A DNA stretch of 58,267 bases, counting the filler, from Sphacelaria rigidula (lineage: Eukaryota): assembly GCA_964200075.2 (NCBI GenBank). It is 9 parts of 9 records of this genome, joined end to end, with 100 filler letters (N's around TTAATTAATTAA, not from the genome) between each part and the next. Parts side by side here need not be neighbours in the genome. Positions count along the whole stretch, not along the records: positions 32,428 to 38,812 come from CAXNAA020020402.1; positions 38,913 to 45,297 come from CAXNAA020020403.1; positions 45,398 to 51,782 come from CAXNAA020020404.1; 6 more parts are not named here. One strand, 5' to 3'. The notes below the pieces were generated by a model, which saw nothing but the letters and a program-made list of their open reading frames with translations, was not told where the DNA came from and did not search any database. The translations under genes and the position numbers were made by a program. Numbering within the stretch: the first letter of the stretch is position 1; each line of letters starts with the position of its first letter. Positions 37,644 through 50,520 of this stretch are shown one piece after another.

Positions 37644-37726
37644 CCGTGAATCTTGTCGTCTTGAGGAATTCGACCACTGGACGCAGTCGGGTGGCCAAAC
37701 GGTTGCCCAATCCTCCGCCAAGTACT
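37644..37726 (-). CDS. Penultimate exon of the same gene
   Basis: gcgcag|A...G|gtgagg reads VLGGGLGNRLATRLRPVVEFLKTTRFT and ends in phase 1, matching the 36552 acceptor. Confidence 0.7.
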
Positions 37727-37758
37727 CTGCGCACACGAAACAACCATTGGGACGGGGC

Positions 37759-37795
37759 GCCGGGCGGGAGGGCGTACTCATGCCGGGCGGGAGGG
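37759..37795 (-). mobile_element. 9-nt LINE 3'-terminal insertion with 14-bp TSD
   Basis: GCCGGGCGGGAGGG - CGTACTCAT - GCCGGGCGGGAGGG. The insert is the reverse complement of the family terminus ATGAGTACG. Confidence 0.7.
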
Positions 37796-38334
37796 GGGGA
37801 ACAAAAGAGAGCGGTGGGGCGCACGCATTTGTTCGTCGGAAAACAAGATCGGCCTTATTTTCATTACTCATGAGGAGAAGGGCGACACTCGCAATCTCAA
37901 AATTATCCCCATCATAGACACGAGAGAAAGAAAAAAAGTGTGGGGGGGGGGGGGAAGAAACAATGCAAGATGGTAAGAAAACGAGCGTAGAACCCAAGGA
38001 AATCAATGAAAACACGTGTGCGTATCGTAGACCGGACTACACATACTGCAGCATGGTGTCTTGACAGTAAGCACCTGCCGATATGATTCAAGACCACATT
38101 CCTACGGACGACAATGTAGGTTACGCTCCAACGCCTCGCGTTTACAGGATTCCTGCGCGAAACCAGAGTCAGATTATTTCACGCGCCCTTTGATCTAGCA
38201 TCGATAATCACAGCACGAGTAAAAAGCCCGACCTCTCGTCGCGATCACTTGGTATCCTGCCCGCAAGCATTATTCCCTCACGCAATTGCATTTACACTAC
38301 TACCGTTGGGGAAGTACTGCAGTATGATGCATTC

Positions 38335-38600
38335 CTACTCCAGTTTTGAGTACGTCGAGCACGGCCTCCAATACTCTACTCAAATTGTGAGTAGATCGAG
38401 TACGACCTCAAATACTCTCCTCAAATATTGAGTAAGCACTCTCAGTAATACTTGAGTACAGAGTATCACTTGAGTATGACCTCAATGCTCCACTCAAATT
38501 TCGAGTAGATTAAGTATGATCTCAAATACTCTACTCAAACTTTGAGTACTAAAAGTATGACTCTTCAAAAATTCTGAGTATTGAGTATACTTTGCTCGAC
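38335..38600. repeat. TACTC/GAGTA hairpin-motif array (~41-bp period in part)
   Basis: Repeated AATACTCTACTCAAA...TGAGTA..AGTA(C/T)GA(C/T)CTC units. Confidence 0.8.
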
Positions 38601-38812
38601 CTACCCTTGCACTCTTTCACTTCATCTCTAGTAAACCCTCTCTGCAATTCTGTCGAGCCACTATCTTCCCGTTTCGACGCCTCTACAATTGCCGTTGCCC
38701 ACGCATTGATTTTTTTTCGAATTCCTTGTCGAACTCCGTGCTTGTTTCTGGGGTTCCTAGTTTACGGTAATGCTCGACTAGCATTTCTCTCTTCCCCTTC
38801 GAAATACCGACC

Positions 38813-38912
38813 NNNNNNNNNNNNNNNNNNNNNNNNNNNNNNNNNNNNNNNNNNNNTTAATTAATTAANNNNNNNNNNNNNNNNNNNNNNNNNNNNNNNN
38901 NNNNNNNNNNNN
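38813..38912. other. Artificial contig linker
   Basis: N44-TTAATTAATTAA-N44. Confidence 0.98.
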
Positions 38913-39204
38913 CACAATCCCGGGGAGCGGTGGATTCTCATTTCAAAATACGTTCTCATTTTTCTGGCAACCCTGTTACTTGGTGTTCGTAAAACCCAGC
39001 TCCCTGCGGATTGATTGATTTTGATTGATTGCTTTTATTGATAATCTCACATCAGCTGATTGCAACAGTCCAGCCCGTGGTCAGGAGCAGCAAAAATAGA
39101 ATAGAATAATAAAAAGAATACAATGAAGAAAGAAAGGAACAGAAAAACGACAGAAGCAACGGCCTCAGAAAGGAAAGAAAGGGGGCAGCGATGACAACAA
39201 CAAA

Positions 39205-39214
39205 CACCACCACC

Positions 39215-39246
<32 letters not shown>

Positions 39247-39256
39247 CAACAACAAA
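39205..39256. repeat. (CCA)n(ACA)n compound microsatellite
   Basis: Direct reading. Confidence 0.9.
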
Positions 39257-41370
39257 CAGCAGCAGTAACAACAAAATAACGACAAACACAAAGACAAACA
39301 CAAGGACGAACAAAGACAAAAAGGATGATGATCGTGCATTACGTAGCTGATTGCAACACTCCAGCTCGTAATCAGAAACAAAAAGGAGAAACATGAAAAA
39401 AAGCGGACGCAGGTGAACTTCTATGCCACGCGCGGCACGCGGTGCCGCGATATGTTCAACCGCCTTTTCCGATTGAGTGCTATCTAGCTCTTGATTGGGT
39501 GTGAGCTTCGAGTGGGAGGCCGTTGCTTCCATGTATCCCATTAATGGATGGAACGCTAACATGTGTGACTTCTATGTATAAATGATGCCGATTCAAAGTA
39601 TCATCTACCCTAGCGGTCAAAGTAGATGCTCCTCCGATTTAAAAGTTGAATGTGCAGGTCTAGGGTATCAACCCGCCGAGATTCCAAAGAATGTATATTA
39701 CGTAATATTTGTTTTATTTCGGGTTATATATCCAACGACTACCTCTTCGAGATTATAACCATTTTACCGTGAGGGTTAACAATCTGGGTCGCGCTGTAAA
39801 TTTTCAAGTGAAAATCATGCCGATTCCATCAATAGACACCAGCGGCGCTGAGTGTTCGTTTGTGGAATCAGCATCAGTTTCACTTCTTTCTCGAGTAAAT
39901 GGCTGACAAGCTCATACTCAGTCGAATCCTAGACACTCAATCTGGAGAAAAAATTGCTGCTTACACTCAAATCGACACCGTAGGACAACCACACCCTCGA
40001 CAACAGATTACGTTGTCAAAAAGTGTACTGCGTACAGTAGCGACTGTTACGTGTGTTTGTCGTAATAGGCAAAAGATTCCATACTGTACGCAGTACACTT
40101 TTGAACAAAGCAATCTATCGTTCAGGGTGTAGGGACAACACATCCCTTGGCTACGTAGGACATGGTCGCTGGCCGAGTCTTCGGTCTGCTTTCGCCGGGG
40201 TTAGTATTAGGGCCGGCGTTACATTGTAATTGGGGCAGTCTGTGGAGAAGATTCGGACACGTGTTTCTACCCACGATTTATGAAACAGGCCTTGGAGGGG
40301 GGGGGGGAAATGCCAATGCTTGCACCACAGGGCCTGAGATAGGGCGGGAAAAATGTGAGTACTGAGCTTTCAGAGCTCCAAGAGAACAAAATGCGGTATA
40401 AGCGCGAACATAATTTGTTGCTCAGTACACATATATAATACATGTTTGGATGGCAGTGTGTTTCGGTGGATGAACAGGTGTGCCGCGAGCGGGGAATGGG
40501 ACAGGGAGAAGAGATAGAGCTCCCGTCACGCTGGCGACTGATGACGTGTCCGGGCAGAGAGGCCCGTCGCGCACGTGCGAGAGAGAGAGAGTATGGGAGC
40601 GAAACAGCACAAACGTTCTGTCTCCTAAATTATCGGAATGGACGAAGGGCTCGGACGGAAAACGAATGTACTCTAGTTCTAAGTGAGAACTCGCGAGCGC
40701 GCCGAATACTAGTCTGTGACATGTCGAGAGAGTTTTTCTCCTGGGCTCCGAGGAAATTTTCTAATATATAATTAGGTTATGCGTAGGGTGACACCACGAT
40801 AACCCCCCACACACTCAAACAAACCAGGCCCAAAACTTTCACGAAGAAAATGGACATACAAACAACACTTAAGTTATCGTTTCAGACTGCATGAAGCGCG
40901 CCTCGACCGGGTGAAAATGACGAAAATGATCCCGAGCGTGCGAGTCCCCGGCTGCCCCATGTGCTCGGCTTCTGTCACTTTGATTTGCATGAATATTTTG
41001 CCTCCTCGAACCAGTCCCTTTTCTGGGGGGAGCAATCGCGGCATCACGCCGTAGCTGTGTATGAAAACCATCATTATTACATGTGGACGCCCTGACTCTA
41101 ATGCAGCGCTTGTACCGTTTGACTACTCATTCATTTGTTTCCCTCCCCATCGGATAGCACAGGTGGTGATAACCGTTCCAAGTACACCGTGTTGGAAAGA
41201 CGATGCCGTCATTTCCAGCCGAACGCGGAAAGATACCTGACAGGAAATCGCGAAGACCATGCGTCAGCTTCGTAGCAGTTTTTTTTCGTGGCGTCATTAC
41301 ACACCGCCCCTACTTGGTACGTCCCCGAGAGTCGCTCGCGCAACGCAATGCATTCAGCACTACTAGTTAC

Positions 41371-42448
41371 TTTCCGCGACGTTCAAGGTCAAATGTCGCC
41401 TGAGCTGTTTCAACTTGTTTAATGTTTCTCGTGCTTCACCCCAATCCTCCGGGCGTCCAGCCTGTAGATCTTTCGCCGTGGCTTCTTTCAAACTTGCTAC
41501 TGTCACTATGTTTGACAGTCTCTCGCGTATTCTCCCAAGTGCCAGCAGCCTTCGTTTAGCACTTTTTGCCGCAAACCCTTGAGAACCAGCATGATCATCA
41601 ACGTGATCCCTTGCCTTTCCCACAGAGTGGGGAGAGCTCTGCACGCTCTGCAGGGAGATATCCGTCAGATTCTCGGACACTTGCAGGTACTGAGGTGGTT
41701 CTCGTTGCTTCTTCATGCCCGGGGCTTGACGATTTCGGGTCCGCGCTGTGGCACTGACAAAAGCTTCGGCACCAACGTCAACAGGGGCGGGCTGCAATAA
41801 GGGATTCATACTACGTGCCACGTGTGGCAAGGGGGCAGAGGGTGCCGGGCGAAAATTTCCCGTCACACTGGATGTGATGGGGTGTAACAAAGATGCTCGA
41901 TGTACCGTTCTGGCGCTGAATCCGGGGGGTCGTGACGTGAGGTCAACAGCATTTCCTTTGGCTTCAAGAACGTCATGTCCTGTGCCCGTGGTGATATTTG
42001 CCCTCGTGTCTTGTGGACGACTTAGATTGAACAAATCATGAAAAGTTACAGATGACGGCTGGCACGGATCTGAATGAGGCGACAGTACACCTGCACCCTC
42101 GTTCAACTCAGCTGCCCGCCGAGAGGCCGACTCGGGCAGACTGCCCGGGGGCACTCTGCTGAAAAAATCAGAGCCTTTGGTGTCTATCGCCGCCACACCC
42201 CCTCGATCGATGTCATGTGTAAAGTAGGGCCATTCACCGTGGCCAACTTCAAGTTGTTGGTAAGGCTCAGCATCGTTTTTGGGACGGTTGGTGGGAGGTT
42301 TGCATTCTATGGAGGGCACCGACATCTCATCGAGAAGTCCTTCTTCCTTTTCTTTGACATCGTTATCCAATCTGGTGACATCCTTTGCAGACGGTGGTTT
42401 GTTGGAATCTTCCATAACGATGGGCGGCCCTTGGATGGTGATTGGTTC
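41371..42448 (-). CDS. Large exon of an uncharacterised, mostly disordered protein
   Basis: More than 1 kb of open frame. Acceptor cagcag|GAA is in frame, and the donor is A|gtaact. It ends in a helical segment AKRRLLALGRIRERLSNIV...LNKLKQLRRHL. Confidence 0.7.
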
Positions 42449-42869
42449 CTGCTGAGCGTAGATTAAGGCGTTGATGCGACAACACGCATCGATCGATCGT
42501 GGTCACTGATAGATTGGTTTTCACACGTCAAGTGATCCCCTACAGTACAGTACATTATAATGCACAGTAGGAACCATAATCCAGCCGTGGTCACATGACA
42601 GACGTACGCGAGGCAAATGAAAGCGGAAGACACTTGCTATTGGTGACGGAAAGCACAGGAAAAACTGAAATGGAGAAACAAAGAAATCGAAAACAAGAAC
42701 AAACAGGACAAAATAGATGCACAAGACGAAGGAAAGTAAGGAAAGGGAATAAAAATAACGGCAGGGGTAAAGAAGTACAGCCCGATATCCCAATTAGCCG
42801 GATATATAAAGTCAGACAGTCCACACTCGATACCGAGGACTCTTTCATGGAAATAGCGAAATACATCAC

Positions 42870-43328
42870 CTTGCCGAGTCGTTTCTGCATGCAGAGGATA
42901 GCCACCTCTAGATCTGCGCAGATACCTTGCCCAATCGCCTTGAGCGAAGAATCTCCACTAAGCCATGGTTGCGGGATGATCGCCTGAACGGCACTGAGGT
43001 CGCAGCAGGGCGACATTCCCCGCTGCTCGTTATGTACGGCCCATTGGCCAGCGTTTTCAGTGGAAGGGGGTTGAAAGTGGCCAGTTATCGCAAGGTTCTG
43101 GCCTGTTGCCAAATCCACAAGCCCCTCCCGGTCAAGTAGCAATTCCTCCTCTGACCCCGTGATGGAACCGACCGGCACAGGGGTTTCGAACCCTCCGTCT
43201 GCCGACACGTTATGCACCACCTCCGACGATCCTGTATCTGCACAAGCAGGCGTTGGGCTGCAGGGACGCTCAGAAGTAGAATTGGGTAGGTTGTCTTCTC
43301 GAGGCATGGATTCCCCAGATTCTAGTAC
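42870..43328 (-). CDS. Exon of the same gene
   Basis: cgaag|GTA...AAG|gtgatg, 153 codons, phase 0-0. Confidence 0.65.
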
Positions 43329-43498
43329 CTTCGAACAGCCAGCAATCGGCAACGAATTGGAAATACGGAAGGGTTGAGATGGAAAACAGACGCTAACATC
43401 ACGAGCATCACGCCGCGAGCATCTGAAATATAATATGAGCGTGAAACGACGACGTGCGCGGTCTCACCCCACATCCGTTTGTGCTTCACCTACTTCAC

Positions 43499-43825
43499 CT
43501 TCTCCCCCTTGTCCTTCACAGCCTGCAAAACTCCAGACATGTGATGCGCAACCGTTTCTGCAGCGGCGCTACATTGAGCCATGCGTTGACAGCCTTGACA
43601 GGACCCCGAAGGGGCGGCAAGGTCCAGGCTGAACACATCATCGCACCCCTCGCGGTGTCGTCGATAGTTGGGCACTCCAGAACCATTCTTGGGACTATCG
43701 GATTGAAATACGTCAGAGAGATACCCAGTGTCCTCGAAATTCGTCTTGGATGGCCAGGTACTATCTCGTCGTGTAAACACGCCATTTCCATTTTGCAAAG
43801 CCGCCTCGGCATGCTCTTGTCTGAC
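43499..43825 (-). CDS. Exon of the same gene
   Basis: aatag|GTC...AAG|gtgaag, 109 codons, phase 0-0. Confidence 0.6.
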
Positions 43826-44094
43826 CTATTTAGGCGATTCAAAAATGGGCCGTAATCGTTCAGGCAAAGGAGGATCTCGTATGATACCGAGGATTATACC
43901 TTACGTAAGATAAAAAGGTGCGGTGATATCCAGGCTCAGAGCATACTTTTTATGCTGTAAGCCACCGTGCTTGCTTCGGATGTAGTATAATACCCCTGCC
44001 TGAAGCCCAATAATTTCGGTAAATAGCCCACGAATATGCGAGAGCCATCATTGGATTTGGTAGAGAAAGAGCATATCTTGGTAGTTTTTGCCCC

Positions 44095-45190
44095 TACAAG
44101 GAACTATTCTTGTACAAAATCGCGTAATTGGTAAAACCCACCACAGGCACTGCTTTCGCTAGGAGTTCTTCAGGCACATCAATTGGGGGTACGTTCTACA
44201 CCCGTGCCTCGAAAAAAAACCCGGAGCAAACGCCTTATCGTCCCACACGATTCATGCTTAAGATGGGGCTTCTCGCCAAAAATCTACACCGTACCGTAGC
44301 TGGGGTAGATCCGCACAGGTACATCCGATATGGTAATTCTTTCTCTTCGAACCCTTTTCTTGACTGCCCTCCCAATATTTTTCGAGTAGGTGGCCGACAC
44401 CCCGTGCCTCACGTAGTCAGCGCCGACGGCTACCCAAACTCCCACCGGAAGAAACCGTGGGACCCGCAGAATCGATACTTTACCGTCTTGTTCGCCCCTT
44501 GCCCATGAACACATCAATGACTAAACCTCATGAATTATTATAGAAGATGTTTTCGAGCTTGCCCTCTCTCGGCGCCAACTATATAAAATACACCACTCGT
44601 CGGAATTTACGTTGGAGATATGTTTGGTGGGGAGTTTGCATTCTCGTTTTTCGGCTCGCCCATCAACAGCACCAACAGGTATATCAAAAACATGAAAAAT
44701 TATTTACTTCGTGGTGTATTTGTCACAGAAATAGCGTCTAACACCCATCTCTCGAAGAAAAGCGTACATTGTAGTTGAGAGCGTGCTAATGAGGGCGAAG
44801 GTCTGTAAAATACCGATTCTGCGCGTGTCATGGTTGCTTCCGGTGGGAGTTTGGGTAGCCACCCGCGCTGACTACATAAGGCACGGGGATAGTCCGCCAC
44901 CTACCTTGAAGAGGTTGGGAGGGCAGTCCAGAGAAGGTTTCAAATAAACAGAAAGGCAACATCGGAAGTACCCGCGTGAATCTACCCCAACTAGGGTACG
45001 GTGTAGAGTTCAGGGAGAAGGCCTCTTTTTTCGGATATGAACCGTATGGGACTAGAAGCTGTTTCCCTTCAGTTTTTTCAAGACACGGATGAAATATATA
45101 TTTCCAGTTGATACGCCCGAATACATCAAATCAAAAGCAGTGCTTTTGGCGGGTTTATTTTACCAATTGCACTTTTTTTTACAAGGAAGA
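44095..45190. mobile_element. ~1.1-kb diverged foldback (long inverted repeat) element
   Basis: About 44095-44490 aligns with the reverse complement of about 44795-45190 (e.g. TTCCGGTGGGAGTTTGGGTAGCC, GGTACGGTGTAGA, AAAGCAGTGC, TTTTACCAATT). Confidence 0.8.
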
Positions 45191-45297
45191 GTATATTGTG
45201 TGGTAAAAAACACCGAGTTACAACTTTTCTTGACTAAGGCCGCTTCCTATGATAGACAAAAATAAAAACCCGGAAAAATGTCTTTTTGGAGCTTTTA

Positions 45298-45397
45298 NNN
45301 NNNNNNNNNNNNNNNNNNNNNNNNNNNNNNNNNNNNNNNNNTTAATTAATTAANNNNNNNNNNNNNNNNNNNNNNNNNNNNNNNNNNNNNNNNNNNN
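45298..45397. other. Artificial contig linker
   Basis: N44-TTAATTAATTAA-N44. Confidence 0.98.
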
Positions 45398-46379
45398 AAA
45401 AAAACAAACAACCCCAAACCAACACCACCCCCCCCCCCCCCCCCCCCCGCCCCCCAACCCCCCCTCCTCCCTCTTCCCGGTGTTGCGCAAAAAACAATTA
45501 TTAAATTAACCATTTTTGTTTGTTTGTTTGTTTTTCGAACCCTTCAAGGCAACCCACCACAGGCTGTTCTCCAACCACTGGTTCACTTCATGCTAACGGT
45601 GAAGCAGCTCGAGCGATGGGTTATTAAGCCAAACACACTTACAAGAATCCCCGGTCCCCCACACCATCAGCGTGCGCTACGGATATCAAAGACACCTCTT
45701 GCAGACAACTAGACCCCACACGGTGAATCGACAGCCACAAACACACACACACCACCACAAAAGCCAGTCAAGCTACTCACTCCGCATCCCACCTCCACTT
45801 CCACGTATGCTTTTTTCTCTTCTTTGTCGGCGCACTTTGAACCCCTCCCCTTCCTCAGGACGAGTCCGTGGTCTCAGGGGATTATCCCATCTCACCACGG
45901 TACGGTACACGCCTTGCACTTTGGTGTCGCGGATTTAGTCAACACTCGCGCACCCCGTCAACTCTCGACAAACAAACTCAGTCAACTGTATGAATGGCCA
46001 GAATCATGGAACCGTACCGAGTAGCATTACGCAGGTTCATTGGTTAAGGTTCCAAACGATGGAAAAAACGACAAACAACTGCCAAACTCTCCGATATACT
46101 TCACTGCGTGTGCCAGACACCCACTACACAATGATCATTGGTCTTCAATCCGTCATACGATTGGCATTCTTTTGATTTCGTCTTCCTCACGCGCCGATGC
46201 TGAAAGCAGGCCCGCCTCGGCACCCACGCCCCGCTGTTTTATCCAACGCCGCGGCGGTGGCGGAGGCAACGAAATGACCTCCGAACCGGAATTCCCACCC
46301 GGAGCCATATGAACCGAAAGAGAACAAAATCATGCACATATTTTCAAAAGTATAGGTGTTCAGCTAAGTCCTCACTTAA

Positions 46380-46476
46380 CCCTTAGACAGCGAGAGTAGG
46401 TCATCTGTTGATTCGGCATCATTTTCACTTGACAGAGAATGCATGATCCAGATGGACTACTCTCGCGGTCTAAGGG
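46380..46476. mobile_element. piggyBac-like MITE, best-preserved monomer (97 bp)
   Basis: TTAA CCCTTAGACAGCGAGAGTAG ... CTACTCTCGCGGTCTAAGGG TACA. The TIRs are 19/20 identical. Confidence 0.8.
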
Positions 46477-47352
46477 TACAGTTGACTCTCGGTGCGCAAC
46501 CCCGACCTTCATTTTATGATCCCAGCTAATACTCCAGTACAGAGTTCAGACACATGGAACATTGCTTTAGAGCAAATAGAGTCCGCCCGCAGCTCGACAG
46601 GTTGAAGTGCGGAACGGGATATACCGCACCGGCGTTACAAGCTAACCTCTTCCCATTGCCTCTGGGAAAACAGAACAACAATACAGAGGACCGTGGACAT
46701 ACGCTAGACCAAACAATCAACACCCTCTCACCTCTCTCGTTGGAACAACAGACATGAAAACAGCACACGACTGTCACGAGCACTGTTTCCCCTCCCCAAA
46801 AAACGCAAAACGAAATGCGGAAATATCGCAACAAAACGAGAACTCAATTCACCGTGTCATGTTCCCGCCTGTCTGCCCCCGGAGAGTACTGGCCAGCAAC
46901 CAACTTGTCTCTCAACTCAACAGACGTAAAAAAATAAGAGAGGCTCTGGACAGGAGAAAACAAAGGGGGGGAGAGAAGAGAAGAATACAAAGTCAACCCC
47001 AAGTGGATGAAGGCAATTTGACCTGGAAACAAGCGCCAACGCTTTTGAAAACAAAGCGTTCACGGGGGATACTTGCATGCATGACGACCAGCTCGACGTC
47101 AGCACGATGGCAAATTTCTTGCCTACTTAATACGGAAACCGTCAAAATACACGGTAACGTACACATCCGATTTCTTACACACCACTGTCCGCCAGGTCAT
47201 CACTCGGCATTTCCATGACACGACACTATGCTCGATCACAAGCAGGAAGTCATGCGAGCCGCTAGAGCAAACCCACCGCTAGAGCAAACCCACCTCTTGT
47301 CCGCAGCAGCACATCAATCCATCAAACCTCGCGGATGCAGGGTACAATCACC

Positions 47353-50299
47353 TTAAACCACTGCCTCTTCGAAGTTACTGATTATACCCTGCATCAAGTT
47401 CATTTCACCGGCGCTACCCGCCTTCGCGAGCGGAGTCCACCACGAATCGTCTCCTTCCTCCTCAGCGGCAGGTGCCGGCACGGAGACGCCTCCGCCTGCG
47501 GCTTGCTCCGGTGCCCACCCCGCGTCGCCACTGCTGTCGGCTGCTATCCCTCCGAACAAGTCATCTTTCACCCCCGACAGCAGTTGTTGCTGTTGCTGAT
47601 GTTGGGCGCCCAGCTCGGGAAATTGAGACTGCGCCAGGGGAGGGAGGGGGGCGCTGTGACGGCGACGCAGCTGCTGACCTTTGGTCGCGCGTGCCATCGC
47701 CGCCGCCTCTGCCACCTGCTCGTCCATGCTGGTGACGTTGTTGCTTAGCTCCTTACCACCGCTGCTGTTGCTGTTCACGCGCCCGTTCCACCGTACCCCC
47801 GACTCGGCCGAACTCAAGGACGACAAGACGCCGCCGACTTTAGTTAGGTCAGAATCGGACACATCGGACATGCCCGTCGAGGCACGCCGAGGAATCTCCG
47901 AGAGTTGCGGCGGCAGCTGCTGCTGCAAAGGTTTGTTCGATTTCTCTCCGCCCAAGACTTGGCTCAATACGCCGCCGTCTCCACCAGAACCATGAAGAGG
48001 GGCCGAGATCCAGGTTTTGCTCGATGTGCGATGGTGGCTTCGATTGGACCCGTTCAATGGAGACGTCGAGCGCATCGCGGCGCTTGCCGCTGGCGCCGGA
48101 AAGTACGTCCGTTCGTTGCCACCACCATCCAGCGGCGGGAGACCTACACGCGGCGACAGCGCTGCAGACGGAGACTTGGGAAAACGCTCGGGGAACGCCT
48201 TGCCCCCGACCCGCCGCGCCTTTGGGCTCGGTGCCCCGCGGCCGGTTCCGCCGGTACCGTCTCCGTTAGGGGAGGGCAGGCCAAACTCAGGGAACGCTTC
48301 CTCTCCTCTCCGTCGAGCCTTCGGACTGGGGCCGGTCCCCACCCGGCCGCCGGGCTGGACATAAACGCCACTTCCACCCATGCGGCCTCCGACCGCGGTG
48401 CTCCCCTGTGGTGTTGTCGGCGGGCGCGGTGATGAGCCCACCCTGGGGCTGATGCCCCCACCGAGACCTTGAGACAACCACGGCACATTTCCGCCGCGCG
48501 AGGACTTGCTGGGAGTGTACGCCCGAGGCGGCACTTGGTTTCGGGGCCTGCCCAGCCCGCGGGGCCCCGGGCGGGGCGCCCCGTTCCCCGAGCCCTGGAC
48601 GAGTGAACTGTTGCCGGAACCCGCGCAGTTGACGGGCGAAGCTGTGGCGGCGTGAATGGGAGACGCGCCGCCAAACATTTGCTGCTGACCGAAGAGTTGG
48701 GGAGACCCGACACCTCCGGAGGCTAAGCTCCGCGGCGTACCCCGCTGGCCATTCGTTCCTCGTGGGAGAGGTGGCAAACTAGCGCCGACGTTCTGTAGGT
48801 CTGGGAACGTGTTGTTACCATTGAGATCCGGGAATGGACCGGGGACATCCTCACCCTCCAGCAGCTCGTCCATGACGCCGAAGCTTTCCATGAGCAGGGC
48901 GTCCTCCAGCTCTTGTAGGTCCTCAGGGGACACTCCTACGGGATCCGAGGTCCCACCACCGCTGCCTGCCTTGTTGCCAGTGGCGGTCGCCGATTTTTGT
49001 GCACTCCCCACAGATGAGTCAACGCCAACAACGCCGTCTCCCGCCCCAGTTTCTAGATGCTGCTGAGAACCGCAGGAAGGCTCATCGTCATCGTCATCGT
49101 CGAACTCGAGGAGGTGCGAAGTATCCAGGCTCTCGACATCCGTCGAAGCCAGAGACGATGTGGTGGACAAGGACTTCTGAGGTCGTTGGCGACGGGGGTG
49201 AGAGGAGTGAATGGATTGCATTTGAGTCTGACCCCAGTGGCTTACACGAGGCGCGGAGGGCCGCCTTGACGCCCCGGCGGCCGGAGCAGACTTGGCCCCT
49301 TCCGGCATGACGAACATTCCCGTCATGGCATCCACTTTCCCCCCGATCTGTTGCAGGCCACCCGCCCGCATCATCCTGTTGTGCCTCGCGATATACTGCT
49401 CGGCTGTTGTCGGCGACAAACAGTGTTTCGCCGCGGGCGAGAACCCTCCCGGGAAAGAAGCCCCGGGCGAAATACGATCACCGCCGCCGGGACTTGTGCC
49501 CGCCACAAGGGTATCACAGCTGCTCACCGGGCTGTCGAAAAGCGACTGCTCCAGGGGCATCGGTTCCTGAAGAAAACTGCCACTTTCAAGGCCGTGTCGC
49601 GCAGGCGCAGACAGTGGTGGGCCCTGGGACAGGACGCGGGTCCCACCGGGGGTGTGCTGCTGCTGTCGCGCCTGCCAGTGTTGACCCTTCGTGGATGATC
49701 CGGATCCCGCGTAAGCCGCGTTGTTGTGGCCCCAACCCACACGCGCGGGGTCCTCGCCAATGCCGCTGTTCCCATTCCCAAGGTTGCTAAGTGCTGGTGA
49801 GACGCTGGTCGTCCCGGACGCCGACGATCCCGGCCGGTTAACGCTGCCGTATGCCTGGGCCAGATTGGCCGTGTACTCTTCGTGCGACGTAGCGATCGCG
49901 TCCACGAGGGCTGGGGGGCGGGCGCCTCGCCGGGCGCCCGGGCGAGCCATGACGTCGCCCACTGAGGCGGAGCGTCCCAAGGATTGTGACGATGGGTTGG
50001 ACGAGGACGAGGACGGTGCACCGTTGGTTTGCACGCAGGCCGGCAGTGAACCATCGCGCTGGACGGTGGCAATGAGCTCGACGAGCGGCTTGCCCTTGAC
50101 GCGCTTGCGCTTCGTGATGGTCTTAAGGGCGGCGCTGAGCTTAGGCATAAGCTCCGGGTTTCCAAATATGTCCTCCTCAGAGACGTTGTCGGTGTCGGCC
50201 AGGTACAGCGCATTGCGGACGTTGGGGTCAACGCCCGCGGCAGCGCCGCGGGTGATTAGTCGCTTCTTCTTCAGGGCGGCCTCGATCAGCTTGCGAAAT
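47353..50299 (-). CDS. ~2.9-kb terminal exon of an uncharacterised protein (basic helical N-part plus long S/G/P-rich disordered region)
   Basis: 998-codon ORF. The likely acceptor is acgcag|ATTTCGC. It reads FRKLIEAALKKKRLITRG...KLSAALKTITKRKRVKGKPL and then becomes low complexity. Confidence 0.88.
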
Positions 50300-50520
50300 C
50301 TGCGTCGTTCGGTTGTTCGGCACATGGGGATCGTTCGTCTCGGGAGCATTTAGCACTGCAGGTTTGTATCCCAGTATATTTCGCCTTACCATTTACAAAA
50401 TGTTTGGGCATGCCGAGTGTACAGGTCATGACAAAAGGAGGCGAGAAGTGCAAACTACCGTGAAAAAAAGCAAGAGACGGGCACGTGTCAGACGGCGGCT
50501 GAGCGATGGACCCACCTCAA

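Noticed and set aside
47335..50353. Many plus-strand and alternate-frame ORFs of 60-235 aa
   Set aside because: These are shadow ORFs of the GC-rich 998-codon minus-strand exon.
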